From an uncultured Victivallales bacterium (GTDB taxonomy: Bacteria; Verrucomicrobiota; Lentisphaeria; Victivallales; GWF2-45-14), in NCBI GenBank assembly GCA_964651145.1, contig CAZYVR010000001.1, forward strand, positions 6,839-70,838: a stretch of DNA of 64,000 nucleotides. The letters run 5' to 3'. A program made the position numbers and the translations under genes. The notes below the pieces were generated by a model. That model worked only from the letters and a program-made list of their open reading frames with translations, had not been told where the DNA came from and did not search any database. Positions 1-9,395 of the stretch are shown piece after piece; the first letter of the stretch is position 1; every line of letters begins with the position of its first letter.

Positions 1-92
1 CGCAAAAAAAACAGCGCATTGCCGCTCCATAGTTGTTCAGGCAATAATCTAAGGCTTGAAGGGCAAAACTCAAAGCGGCATATTAAAAAACA

Positions 93-141
93 ACAAAGGA
101 GCTTGACAAAACTCCTTTGTTATGATACACTATGTAGTGTA
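93..141 (+). promoter_or_regulatory. candidate sigma70-type promoter with overlapping palindromic operator upstream of the GntR/PBP regulator gene
   Basis: TTGACA at 103-108, a 17-nt spacer, then TACACT at 126-131. The -10 lies inside the inverted repeat TACACTA-tg-TAGTGTA (126-141, 7-bp perfect arms). The -35 sits in the loop of a 9-bp hairpin acaaaggag/ctcctttgt (93-101/112-120). Motif-level evidence only. Confidence 0.35.
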
Positions 142-184
142 TTGATTGAATGTATTAATGTTATTAATAATTGAGTTGACAATA

Positions 185-1285
185 ATGACAAAAGCGGAAA
201 AAATTTATCCTGAACTGAAAAAAATGATAACGGAGCTTTCTCCGGGTTCCAGAATTCCGTCTGTAAGAGTTATGATGAAAAAATTCCACGTCAGTCAGTC
301 AACAATTGATCAGGCAATGGGAAAATTCAAAGACGAAGGCCTTGTAGTCACTTATGTTGGCGACGGCACATACACTAAAGGTTATAATGAAAAAAAAGAA
401 AGCTTGATGATAGGCGTTGCCGTGTCGAATTATCCATCCCCACTGGCCATAAATCTCATAAGAAAAACAGAAGAAGAGATAGCAAAAGCAGGGCACTCCA
501 GCAAAATTATCAGATACGACTGGCGCGAGCCGCTTTCAGCGTCAATTGACGCAAAGCCGCTTGATGCTCTTATGCTGTCGCCGGATGCTCTTTTTTCCGC
601 TCAGGACTTTTTTTATATTAATAAGCTAAAAATTCCCACAGTTATTTTAGGCTTTCGCCTGAAGGGAATTGACATTGACACAGTGGGATCTGACAACGAG
701 TACGGCGGCGCGCTTGTGGCGGACTGTTTTATAAAGTCGAATCATAAAAAAATGGCCATTCTTCTTGCGGAGCCTGACAACGTTATATTCCAAAGCCGCC
801 GGGAAGGATTCATCAAGCATGCGCGCCTTTCCGGCATTGATGAAGTGGAGCTGATTAACACAAACACTCAATCAGGCGAAGATGCGTTTGCCAAAGCTTA
901 TTCGGTCATGAGCGATATTTTTAAGAGCAATAATTTTGACTTCAATGCCTTGTTTGTATTGAGCGACGGCAGTGCGCTTGGCGCTTTGAAGGCCGCTCAT
1001 GACAATGCTCTGCGCTTGCCCGATGATCTTAGCTTGATTGGGTACGATGACATTCCGGAAGCCGAATACTATTTCCCTGCCCTTTCGACTGTTCGGCAAA
1101 ATTTGTCAGAATGGGGAAAAGAGGCAGTGAAAATCATAATCAAAAGACTCGCCGGACACAATGGATCGTCAACTCAGAAAATAGTATTCCCTGAAATAAT
1201 TTTGAGGGACACCACCGCGCCAGACACGTCTTTTAACGTCACGAAGGAGATTTCCAATGAGGAAGCACAAATTAAGGTTGTGTAA
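185..1285 (+). CDS. hybrid transcriptional regulator: GntR-type winged HTH fused to a LacI/PBP1-type sugar-binding domain
   Basis: ORF 146-1285; the ATG at 185 (MTKAEK) is preferred over the TTG at 146. N-terminus [41 protein letters not shown] is GntR-like. The C-terminal part ([49 protein letters not shown]) is typical of LacI-family periplasmic-binding folds. Confidence 0.85.
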   Translation: MTKAEKIYPELKKMITELSPGSRIPSVRVMMKKFHVSQSTIDQAMGKFKDEGLVVTYVGDGTYTKGYNEKKESLMIGVAVSNYPSPLAINLIRKTEEEIAKAGHSSKIIRYDWREPLSASIDAKPLDALMLSPDALFSAQDFFYINKLKIPTVILGFRLKGIDIDTVGSDNEYGGALVADCFIKSNHKKMAILLAEPDNVIFQSRREGFIKHARLSGIDEVELINTNTQSGEDAFAKAYSVMSDIFKSNNFDFNALFVLSDGSALGALKAAHDNALRLPDDLSLIGYDDIPEAEYYFPALSTVRQNLSEWGKEAVKIIIKRLAGHNGSSTQKIVFPEIILRDTTAPDTSFNVTKEISNEEAQIKVV

Positions 1286-1988
1286 TTCAACAAGATTTAC
1301 ACTTATCGAATTGCTCGTTGTAATTGCCATAATAGCCATCCTTGCGAGCATGCTTCTGCCAGCCCTAGGAAAGGCGAGGGATGTCGCAAAAAAATCATTT
1401 TGCGCCAACAATCTCAAACAAATTTTTCTGGCACAAAACGGCTATGCCGGAGACTATGGATGGTATATGCCCGGCCTGCTTGACCCAAGCGAAAGCTATA
1501 ATCAGCATTGCTGGACTCACAAACTTCGCGAATATATGGGAAATGATGAAGTTCCAACAAGCTGGACGGACATGATACGGCTTAACAGGCTGTCCTTCTA
1601 TTGGTGTCCAAACACCAGAGACGGAGGCAATGACACGCTTTCATATGCAGTAAACAGTTTTGGCTATCTTAAGAACTATTTTGGACTGAAGCCATGCAAG
1701 CCGTCCACTTCCGGCACAGCGGACTCGTCGGCTTACATGATCAAGCCAGACTCGTCTTCCAGAATACCCCCCTCGAAGACCATGTTCTTCAGCGAGCTTG
1801 GAATTTCCGTGTCAAGTTCAAACGGATATGTGCACCACTCAATTAGGAATGGCACATATTTTAATGGCACGGATGGCAGCACGGAGCCGGCTTTCAGGCA
1901 TGGCGGCAAAAAAAATGTTCTTTGGCTTGACGGACATGTTAATTCAGTCAAGCGGAATGAAATGGAATGGCACAACTACATCAAATAA
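1257..1988 (+). CDS. prepilin-type N-terminal cleavage/methylation domain protein, H-X9-DG (DUF1559-like) pseudopilin-like family
   Basis: N-terminus [29 protein letters not shown] is a class III signal with methylation motif. C-terminal [16 protein letters not shown] gives an exact H-X9-DG. SD aaggag lies 8 nt upstream of ATG 1257. The gene overlaps the regulator 3' end by 29 nt. Confidence 0.9.
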   Translation: MRKHKLRLCNSTRFTLIELLVVIAIIAILASMLLPALGKARDVAKKSFCANNLKQIFLAQNGYAGDYGWYMPGLLDPSESYNQHCWTHKLREYMGNDEVPTSWTDMIRLNRLSFYWCPNTRDGGNDTLSYAVNSFGYLKNYFGLKPCKPSTSGTADSSAYMIKPDSSSRIPPSKTMFFSELGISVSSSNGYVHHSIRNGTYFNGTDGSTEPAFRHGGKKNVLWLDGHVNSVKRNEMEWHNYIK

Positions 1989-1999
1989 AGGAAATATCT

Positions 2000-4900
2000 A
2001 TGACAAAAAAACATCTGTTAAGCGTGTTCTTTTCTGCGTTTTTCTCTCTTGTTTTATCTGCTGAAAAAATGGAAAATTTTGAAAACAGGCCGGAGCTAAA
2101 GGTATATAAAGGCGAAGAAAGAGGGGGCTCTTTTGAATTGGCCGAAGCCCCTGACTCAAAAGGAATGTCTGGGAAAGCTTCGTGGAAAGACAAGCATTTT
2201 AAATACAATGAATACAGCTTTAAAAAGTCCTTGAAGCTGCCCGAAAACAAAGATGAGCTCAAAGGAGTCTTGAGCGTTTGGATATACAGCCCAGGCACAA
2301 AAAAAGTCAAAAACATTGGCCTGAGGCTAAGAGACACCAAAGGGGAAATGTTTCAATGGAACCGCAAAAAAACGGATGTTCTGGCGAATAAAGGCTGGCA
2401 CAAATTTGTCTTTGACTTGAAGCCTGGTAATTTTGACGTCTCATGGGGACGCAAAGCCGACCGCAATATTGATTTGCCCATTTTTTTGCATGGCTTTTCC
2501 ATAGACTATAATCCGAAGGCTCCTGGAAAAGGGGAAGTTTATTTCGATGAAATTGAATACATGCCAGCCAAAGACACCAAAATAAGCTCTTATGAAGCTC
2601 TTTATAATTTTGACAGAAAAGAGAAGTGGTTTACTTGGAATTGGAAAGACAAAAAATTTGAAATCAAGCCTGAAAAAGATTGCGTCGCCTTTGCTCGCAA
2701 GCCTTCTCCCCAAAAAACTTATTATCCGCTTGTCTCCAGAAAGATGAGCCTTTTGCCTGCTGGTCGACTGAACAGAATTGAGCTTCAAGCCAACTATGAA
2801 GGCTCGGGGAAAAGTTCTATTGCAATTGATCTGTTTGACTCCGCCAACAAAAGGTTCAGGCTTCCTTTTACGCAGCTTGCTCCTGGCAATAATAAGTTGC
2901 TATGGGACATGACGAAGGAAAACAAAAAATTTAAGCCTCCATTTCATATAAAAGACATAATGTTTTTATGTGCTCCTTCAGAAAAAGAGACTGTGTTGAA
3001 GCTTTTTTCTTTAAACATAGAACAAAAGCTAAGTCCCATGGAATGCATTAAAATAGATATGGAAACAGGAACGCCCATACATGTTTTAAAGGCCGGAGAA
3101 GAGAAAAAGCTTGCCTTGAAATTGACGAACACAGCAAACAAAACATTAAGTTTTGTTATGGAGGCAAAACTCAGTGATTTTTTCTGCGAAAATACTGTTT
3201 TGATTAAGAACTTTGTTGTTCCAGCACAGTCCCAAATAGTTTGGCCCATTCCATTTATTCCCAGAAAATATGGGATATGGCAACTTGATTGCGCTCTCAG
3301 AGAAACAGGAGAAAAAGAAATAACCTGCAAGCGCCGCTCTTTTGCTTATATGAATCCTGCTGGACCGACTCCAGGCAAGGCAAAAGGCTTTCTTTTTGGA
3401 ATATGCACGCATACAGAAAGATGGAGCTGGAAGGATCATGAATTGGAGGTTCTTGCCGCTGTTTTGTGCGGAGCCAAAGTTGTGAGAACGGGCGTTACAT
3501 GGGGAAGCCTTGAAAAAGAGAAAGGCCAATGGGATTGGGCTCTTATGGATAGGTTGGTCAAACTCTACTGGGAAAAAGGCATAGAGCTGCAAACGATTTT
3601 TGCCTTCACCCCCAAATGGGCTGCTCCAGAAAACGCTCAGAAAAGTCCCAAATGGACTGATTGGAGCCGCGCGGTTCCACAAATGGACGCATGGAGAAAT
3701 TATGTCTCAACATTTTCAAAGCGCTACAATGGGAAAATAAGATTTCTGGAGGTCTGGAACGAGCCTGATCTTTCCGGCTTTTTCAAGGGGAAACCTGAGG
3801 AATATATTCAAATGCTCAAAGCGGCATATGAGGAGGTTAAGAAAGTAAATCCTGACCTAAAAGTAATGACCGGCGGCTTTGCCACTCTTCGATATCATCC
3901 TGGAAAAAAATATCCTGATATGCACGAGCAAGTAATAGAAAAAGCTCAAGACTGGTTTGACATACATGCCTTCCATCAGCATGGCACTTTTGGAACCTTT
4001 CAGCCTGAAGTTGACGGAATGTTGACTGAAATAAGGAAAAAACTTAAATCACACAAGCCCTTGTACTTCAACGAAACAGCTGTGAGTTCAATGGATGACA
4101 CACAGAAGGCACAAGCGGAAACTCTCTTCAAAAAAATCATGTTTTCCTTTGCCAGGGGCGCCATGGGATACACATGGTATGACTTGAGAAACGATGGCTA
4201 TAATCCAAAGAACGGCGAGCATAATTATGGACTGTTGACAAATGATTTTTATCCTAAAGCAGCTTATCCGGTATTTAATGCCCTTGCTCTGAATTTTTCA
4301 GACAAAAAGTTTTTGGAGCAACTGGACGCTGGAAAGAATCGTTTTGCTTTTGTGTTTGACGGAAATGGCGAGCAAATAGTTGCTTCATGGAACGAGGAGA
4401 CAGCTACTGCCGACGAGCATCTTATAATAAAAACAAACGCCTCAAAAGCTTATTTTATGGATATTATGGGCAACAAAAAGCCATTGCCAGTTAAAGAAAA
4501 TATGGTGGTCGTCAAAATTTCTTCAATGCCTTCCTGCACTGTTCTGGAAGGAGCAAAAGAGAATGCGGAAATTATAGGAAACATGGTTAAGGTAACTGAA
4601 AAAGAAAATATAATTCCTGGGCGCACGGCAAAAATAACCGTAGAGCTCTTAAATCCTTTCAGCAAAAAGCATGAATACAAAATCAATTGGCTTGTGCCTG
4701 AAGGAATTGAAACAACAAAGATTGCGGACAGCTTCTCTATATTGCCGAAAAGCAAAAAGACAATTCAGATTGTGGCAATCCTCGACAAGAAAGCCGCAGT
4801 TTTGCTAAATGACAAATTTGTTTTGGAGCTTTACTATGAGATTAAAGGAACAGATTGGAAAGGCAACGTTCCTGTTCCATTAAGCGTGGCTAAGCTTTTT

Positions 4901-5491
4901 CCGCCCAACGCGGATAATAAAAGGCCTGCCGACTTTATAATCGACAAGCGGGAGAATGTTTTTAATTTTTCGGAAAACAATCCAGCTACTGCGCATTTGA
5001 ACTGGAAGGGGCCCGAGGACTTGAGCGCAAAAATTTGGCTCGGAAAAGAAGACGATTCATTAACCGTCAAGATCAAGGTTGTGGACGATGTATTTACCCA
5101 AAAATGGAAAGGCGGCAATGTCTGGAAAGGAGACAATGTTCAGATGGCTCTGCAAATTCCAGGACAACAAGGCTTCTGGGAGCTTGGGCTTACAAGATTG
5201 GCTGACGGCTCCGCTGAAGTTTACAACTGGGCAAGACCCTCAGGGTTTGATGATCCTTCTTTGGATACAGGTTTGATCACAGAAAAATTGAATGATGGAA
5301 TTATTTATAAAGCTTCTCTGCCTTTCAAGGCTTTCGGACTTTCAAAAGAAATTCTTGAGAAAGGCATAAAGTTTAACCTGATAATCAATGACAATGATGG
5401 CGAAGCAAGAGAGGGATGGATTCAAATAGCCCCCGGCATCGGAGACAGCAAGAACCCAGAGCCTTTTCCGTTTGTTGTGCTTGACAAGTGA
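2000..5491 (+). CDS. large secreted glycoside hydrolase-like protein (clan GH-A TIM-barrel core, C-terminal CBM9/DOMON-like module)
   Basis: ORF 1967-5491. The ATG at 2000 opens a signal-peptide-like MTKKHLLSVFFSAFFSLVLSAEK. The core carries RFLEVWNEPD (acid/base-like NEP) and LYFNETAV (nucleophile-like). The C-terminus GDNVQMALQIP...FNLIINDNDGEAREGW resembles carbohydrate-binding family 9. The exact GH family was not determined. Confidence 0.7.
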   Translation: MTKKHLLSVFFSAFFSLVLSAEKMENFENRPELKVYKGEERGGSFELAEAPDSKGMSGKASWKDKHFKYNEYSFKKSLKLPENKDELKGVLSVWIYSPGTKKVKNIGLRLRDTKGEMFQWNRKKTDVLANKGWHKFVFDLKPGNFDVSWGRKADRNIDLPIFLHGFSIDYNPKAPGKGEVYFDEIEYMPAKDTKISSYEALYNFDRKEKWFTWNWKDKKFEIKPEKDCVAFARKPSPQKTYYPLVSRKMSLLPAGRLNRIELQANYEGSGKSSIAIDLFDSANKRFRLPFTQLAPGNNKLLWDMTKENKKFKPPFHIKDIMFLCAPSEKETVLKLFSLNIEQKLSPMECIKIDMETGTPIHVLKAGEEKKLALKLTNTANKTLSFVMEAKLSDFFCENTVLIKNFVVPAQSQIVWPIPFIPRKYGIWQLDCALRETGEKEITCKRRSFAYMNPAGPTPGKAKGFLFGICTHTERWSWKDHELEVLAAVLCGAKVVRTGVTWGSLEKEKGQWDWALMDRLVKLYWEKGIELQTIFAFTPKWAAPENAQKSPKWTDWSRAVPQMDAWRNYVSTFSKRYNGKIRFLEVWNEPDLSGFFKGKPEEYIQMLKAAYEEVKKVNPDLKVMTGGFATLRYHPGKKYPDMHEQVIEKAQDWFDIHAFHQHGTFGTFQPEVDGMLTEIRKKLKSHKPLYFNETAVSSMDDTQKAQAETLFKKIMFSFARGAMGYTWYDLRNDGYNPKNGEHNYGLLTNDFYPKAAYPVFNALALNFSDKKFLEQLDAGKNRFAFVFDGNGEQIVASWNEETATADEHLIIKTNASKAYFMDIMGNKKPLPVKENMVVVKISSMPSCTVLEGAKENAEIIGNMVKVTEKENIIPGRTAKITVELLNPFSKKHEYKINWLVPEGIETTKIADSFSILPKSKKTIQIVAILDKKAAVLLNDKFVLELYYEIKGTDWKGNVPVPLSVAKLFPPNADNKRPADFIIDKRENVFNFSENNPATAHLNWKGPEDLSAKIWLGKEDDSLTVKIKVVDDVFTQKWKGGNVWKGDNVQMALQIPGQQGFWELGLTRLADGSAEVYNWARPSGFDDPSLDTGLITEKLNDGIIYKASLPFKAFGLSKEILEKGIKFNLIINDNDGEAREGWIQIAPGIGDSKNPEPFPFVVLDK

Positions 5492-5507
5492 CGCAACAAA
5501 AAGCTCT

Positions 5508-7487
5508 TTATTTAAGCCCGTATTTTCTTTTTTTGCGGTAGAGTGTGCTGCGTCCGACATTCAGGATTTTTGAGGCTTTGCTCATGTTCCCGTTTGCCAT
5601 TTTGAAAGCTTTTTGATACAGAGCCTTTTCGCTTTCCGCCATGCCTTGGCGCTCCTGATGCAATGGGTCGTTATTGCTTTGGGATTCGGGCGGCTCGGTG
5701 TAAAGCAGAGCCATGCGGAGTTGCCCGGGGAGGTCTTTCCAGTCAAGAACGTCTTCTCCGGAGTTGAGCATCACGGCAAATTCGATGGCGTTCCTGAGTT
5801 CCCTGATATTGCCGGGCCATGGATAAGTTTTCAGTTTTTCCATTATCTGAGGAGTCGCGCCCTTTACCTTTTTGCCCATCACCTCGTTGAAGTATTCAAT
5901 GAAATTCTGGATCAGCTCCGGGATGTCGTCGCTGCTGTCCGCTAGTGACGGCAAGCGTATTGAAGACACGTTCAGGCGGTAGAAAAGGTCTTCTCGGAAA
6001 TCGCCCTTTTCAACCAGTTCGGGAATGTTTTTATTTGTTGCCGCGATGATTCTGATATTAACCGGATGGGGCTTGCTTGAGCCGATGCGCGTTATGGTGC
6101 GGTCTTCGAGCAGCCGCAAAAGCTTTGCCTGGAGCTCGATTGGCATGTCTCCTATTTCATCCAGAAAGACGGTGCCTTTGTCGGCGTCTTCCAATTTTCC
6201 GGCTTTTCCTTTTTTGCTGGCTCCGGTGAAAGAGCCTGGAGCGTATCCGAACAGTTCGCTTTCGGCTATTTCGCTGGGGATTGCGGCGCAGTTGATGGCA
6301 ACAAACGGATGTTTTTTTCTTTCACTGGCGTTGTGTATGCTTTGCGCGAACATCTCTTTGCCGGTTCCGCTCGGGCCTGTGAGAAAAGCGTTTACGGATG
6401 TTTCCGCCACGCGCCGGGCCAGTTCGCGGGCCATGGTTATGGCGTGAGTCTGGCCTATTATGTCGTCAAAGGTGTATTTTGCCTCTGTCGAGGTTGAATT
6501 TTCGCTGGCGTGTTCGGTCTTTTCGTGAAAAATAAAAATGCACCCGAGAAACTCGTCATTTTCGCTGAACACCGGATCCTTTTCAAATTTTACCCCGATT
6601 CGCTTGTCAGGCAGGCGAATTTCCATTTTGCCTTCTTTGCATGCGATGGCGCTTTGTGCCAGTTCTTTTATTGTCGGGGTAAATTTTGCGATTTTGTCCA
6701 GAGTTTTTTCTTCAATAAATTTGTCATCAATTTCAAACAGCTTCATGGCCGCCGGATTCATCTGGCGGATATAGCCATTGCGGCTGACCATCGCGGTCGG
6801 CTTATTGTCTTCTTTGAATAGTTTTCTCAGTTGCTTTTTTAGTTCCTGATGCAAAAATTTAGAGCGGGTAAGCCGCATTTCCCTGTCAAGAACGCTGATA
6901 AGCAGTCTGATATTGACTCTCAAAGACATTACTGTCACGTTAGGAAGGAGGCCAAAAAGGGCGATATATCCTTTAAGGACTCCGTCGGCGTCATAAAATG
7001 GCGCGGCGGCTCCAGCCAATGGGTGCAGTTGTTCAAAATAATGCTCGGCGCCTTCGCAGACGGCTGGCAATTTGCTTTCAAGCGCAAGAGACACGGCGTT
7101 GGTTCCTGCTGATTTTTCATTGAGTTTGACGGAAAGGACGATGCCCGCCAGATCCAGAAAGTCTGTAATTTCCTGATTGCAGGAGCCCCGTTCAATAATT
7201 TCGCCTTCTGTTCCGCAAAGGAGCCAGGCTACTTTTAAGCCTGGGAGACCTCTCAAGGACTTGTCGACCAGAGACTTGAGCATATTGTAAAGGGCGTTGT
7301 CCTTAGGGGCGATTGCCAGTTCGTTTTTTTCCAGAAGGAGAGGGCCGAACGCGTCAAGCGTGGAATCGCGGGACCTGGACCAACTGTTGAGAATTTGTTC
7401 CCTCACCGCTGGAAGTTTCCGCTCTTTAATAAAAGAGGACCATTCGTTGTATGTGGCGAAGCTCATTTTTTTTCGCGCCTCCGGCAT
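5508..7487 (-). CDS. sigma54-dependent transcriptional activator (enhancer-binding protein) with N-terminal GAF/PAS-like sensor region
   Basis: AAA+ motifs GPSGTGKEMFAQSIH, ESELFGY, GSFTGA and GTVFLDEIGDMPIELQAKLLRLLE. C-terminal Fis-type HTH GNMSKASKILNVGRSTLYRKKRKYGL. An alternative start at MSFATYNEW (7466) is possible. Confidence 0.9.
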   Translation of the reverse strand: MPEARKKMSFATYNEWSSFIKERKLPAVREQILNSWSRSRDSTLDAFGPLLLEKNELAIAPKDNALYNMLKSLVDKSLRGLPGLKVAWLLCGTEGEIIERGSCNQEITDFLDLAGIVLSVKLNEKSAGTNAVSLALESKLPAVCEGAEHYFEQLHPLAGAAAPFYDADGVLKGYIALFGLLPNVTVMSLRVNIRLLISVLDREMRLTRSKFLHQELKKQLRKLFKEDNKPTAMVSRNGYIRQMNPAAMKLFEIDDKFIEEKTLDKIAKFTPTIKELAQSAIACKEGKMEIRLPDKRIGVKFEKDPVFSENDEFLGCIFIFHEKTEHASENSTSTEAKYTFDDIIGQTHAITMARELARRVAETSVNAFLTGPSGTGKEMFAQSIHNASERKKHPFVAINCAAIPSEIAESELFGYAPGSFTGASKKGKAGKLEDADKGTVFLDEIGDMPIELQAKLLRLLEDRTITRIGSSKPHPVNIRIIAATNKNIPELVEKGDFREDLFYRLNVSSIRLPSLADSSDDIPELIQNFIEYFNEVMGKKVKGATPQIMEKLKTYPWPGNIRELRNAIEFAVMLNSGEDVLDWKDLPGQLRMALLYTEPPESQSNNDPLHQERQGMAESEKALYQKAFKMANGNMSKASKILNVGRSTLYRKKRKYGLK

Positions 7488-7788
7488 ATACTATACAGTT
7501 GCTTGCGTGACCCGTCAGCTTTTTTATAAAAATTTCAAGAAAATAACTGGCGTCCAGCAAGGCGATGGCTCCGCCGTCTATTTAAATTAAAATTATTGGA
7601 ATTACTTGAACTATTGCTTGAAGATTTGGAAAAGCAAGGTCAATTAATATTCTGGTTTTTTAATTAAGGTTTGATGTTTTGATTGCCACAACAATCAACA
7701 ACAATACAGTAACTGAAACAGTTTCTTAGCACAGCTTATAAAATCCGGGAAACTGTACAAATTTAGAATTCAAAAAGAGGCAATTCAC

Positions 7789-9264
7789 TTGATTAGTCGT
7801 TTTAAGAAAAAAATAAGAAGCATATTCGGGTCAGGAAAAAGCGATTCTCCTTCTCCTGAAAATTCTGTCCGCTATGCCGAAAAAAAAGAGCCAGAGCCGC
7901 CATCTGGCGCTCATTCTCGAAAAAGCTCCACGCACAACGAGCGCAATGTCCGGAAACCTGCGCGAAATGTGCGTCATAGTTTCGGTGACAAAAAAAGCTC
8001 CACCCCGCACAAAATATCAAAAGCCCCAGAGATGCCCGCCCTCAAAGAGGTAGAGCCTGAAGAAGGCAAATGTCGCTTTTCCGAGCTGGATGTCAACAAG
8101 GAAATACTTTGCGCTTTGCAGGATTTGGACTTTAAATATTGCACTCCGATCCAGCAGAAATGCCTGCCCGACGCTCTAAATGGAAAAGACATTACAGGCA
8201 AAGCCCAAACTGGCACCGGCAAAACGGCGGCTTTTCTTATAGCCGCTTTTACAAAACTTTTGCGCAATCCCAAAAATGCCCTGAAACGCGGCAGTTGCCG
8301 TATTTTGGTGCTTGCTCCGACACGGGAGCTTGCCATGCAAATTCATAAAGACGCGGAGGGCATCAGCAAGTACTGCGGCTTCAATAACCTTGCCGTTTTC
8401 GGAGGAATGGACCACCGCAAGCAGCGAGACAGATTGGATTATCCCATTGACGCTCTCGTTGGAACGCCAGGCAGAATTTTGGATTTTTGCAACAGCAGGC
8501 ATCTTAATCTTGCCGACACAGAAGTGCTGATCATTGACGAGGCCGACCGAATGCTCGACATGGGCTTTATTCCTGATGTCAGACGCATTGTCAACAAACT
8601 TCCGAAGACTGGTGTGAGACAGACTATGTTTTTCAGCGCCACGCTTACGGATGAAATAACCCGTCTCGTTGACAAATGGCTGGAAGACCCGGTGACTGTG
8701 GAAACAGAGTCGGACCAAGTGGTTACTGACCTGATAGACCAGAAATTCTATTCGGTTTCTCGCAGCGAAAAATTCGCGATGCTCCTTTGGATTTTAAACA
8801 ACAGCGATATTGAGAGAATGCTTATTTTTGGCAATCGCAAGGATTACAATACGGATCTTTACAACAAATTGCGCCGCAATAATATAGAGTGCGAACTTTT
8901 ATCCGGCGACATTCCTCAGAAAAAGCGAATGAATATTCTTGAGGATTTTAGGTCCGGACGCATCAAAGTTGTAGTGGCCACCGATGTGGCGGCGCGCGGA
9001 ATCCATGTTGAAGGCATAAGTCATGTGGTAAACTATGACCTGCCTGAAAGACCGGATGATTACATCCATCGCATCGGACGCACTGGACGGGCGGGAGCCA
9101 CAGGCAAAGCCATAAGCTTTGTATGTGAATACGGAGCTTACATGCTCGAAGAGTTGGAAAAAACTCTTGAGGAAAAAATAAACTGCATTTATCCTGACGA
9201 GGAAATGGTCAAGCTTCCTCCTCTTCCTCGCAATGGCCAAAGAAACCGTTCCAGAAACTACTAA
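7789..9264 (+). CDS. DEAD-box ATP-dependent RNA helicase with basic N-terminal extension
   Basis: Q-motif TPIQQKCLP, then AQTGTGKTAAF, PTRELA, DEAD (IIDEADRML), SAT and HRIGRTGRAG. TTG start at 7789 follows agagg. A 300-nt upstream leader is present. Confidence 0.9.
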   Translation: MISRFKKKIRSIFGSGKSDSPSPENSVRYAEKKEPEPPSGAHSRKSSTHNERNVRKPARNVRHSFGDKKSSTPHKISKAPEMPALKEVEPEEGKCRFSELDVNKEILCALQDLDFKYCTPIQQKCLPDALNGKDITGKAQTGTGKTAAFLIAAFTKLLRNPKNALKRGSCRILVLAPTRELAMQIHKDAEGISKYCGFNNLAVFGGMDHRKQRDRLDYPIDALVGTPGRILDFCNSRHLNLADTEVLIIDEADRMLDMGFIPDVRRIVNKLPKTGVRQTMFFSATLTDEITRLVDKWLEDPVTVETESDQVVTDLIDQKFYSVSRSEKFAMLLWILNNSDIERMLIFGNRKDYNTDLYNKLRRNNIECELLSGDIPQKKRMNILEDFRSGRIKVVVATDVAARGIHVEGISHVVNYDLPERPDDYIHRIGRTGRAGATGKAISFVCEYGAYMLEELEKTLEEKINCIYPDEEMVKLPPLPRNGQRNRSRNY

Positions 9265-9333
9265 GGCGGCAAAGCCATAATAAAGGCGCTTGCGCAAGCA
9301 AATCGATGTTGCAGGCGCTTGCCCGACGGATAC

Positions 9334-9378
9334 AAAAAAAACCGTTTCTCCAGAAATTCCGAAGAAACGGCTTATTTA
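9334..9378. terminator. bidirectional intrinsic terminator between convergent genes
   Basis: 8-bp stem ccgtttct (9342-9349) / agaaacgg (9363-9370). It is preceded by A8 (9334-9341), which reads as U8 on the minus strand after the oxidoreductase gene, and followed by cttattta. Confidence 0.6.
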
Positions 9379-9395
9379 TAATTTTGTCGTTTGTT

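Noticed and set aside
2396-2410. TGGCAC-N5-TGTC, resembling a sigma54 -24/-12 element
   Set aside because: It lies inside the hydrolase coding sequence and lacks the TTGC -12 core. Reading all intergenic regions by eye, I found no convincing TGGCAC-N5-TTGCW despite two sigma54 activators in the window. A PWM scan is needed before claiming presence or absence.
7562-7575. 14-nt identity (gcgatggctccgcc) to the left arm of repeat copy D
   Set aside because: An exact 14-mer match between two sites in a 64-kb window on either strand is expected by chance several times. No flanking similarity extends it.
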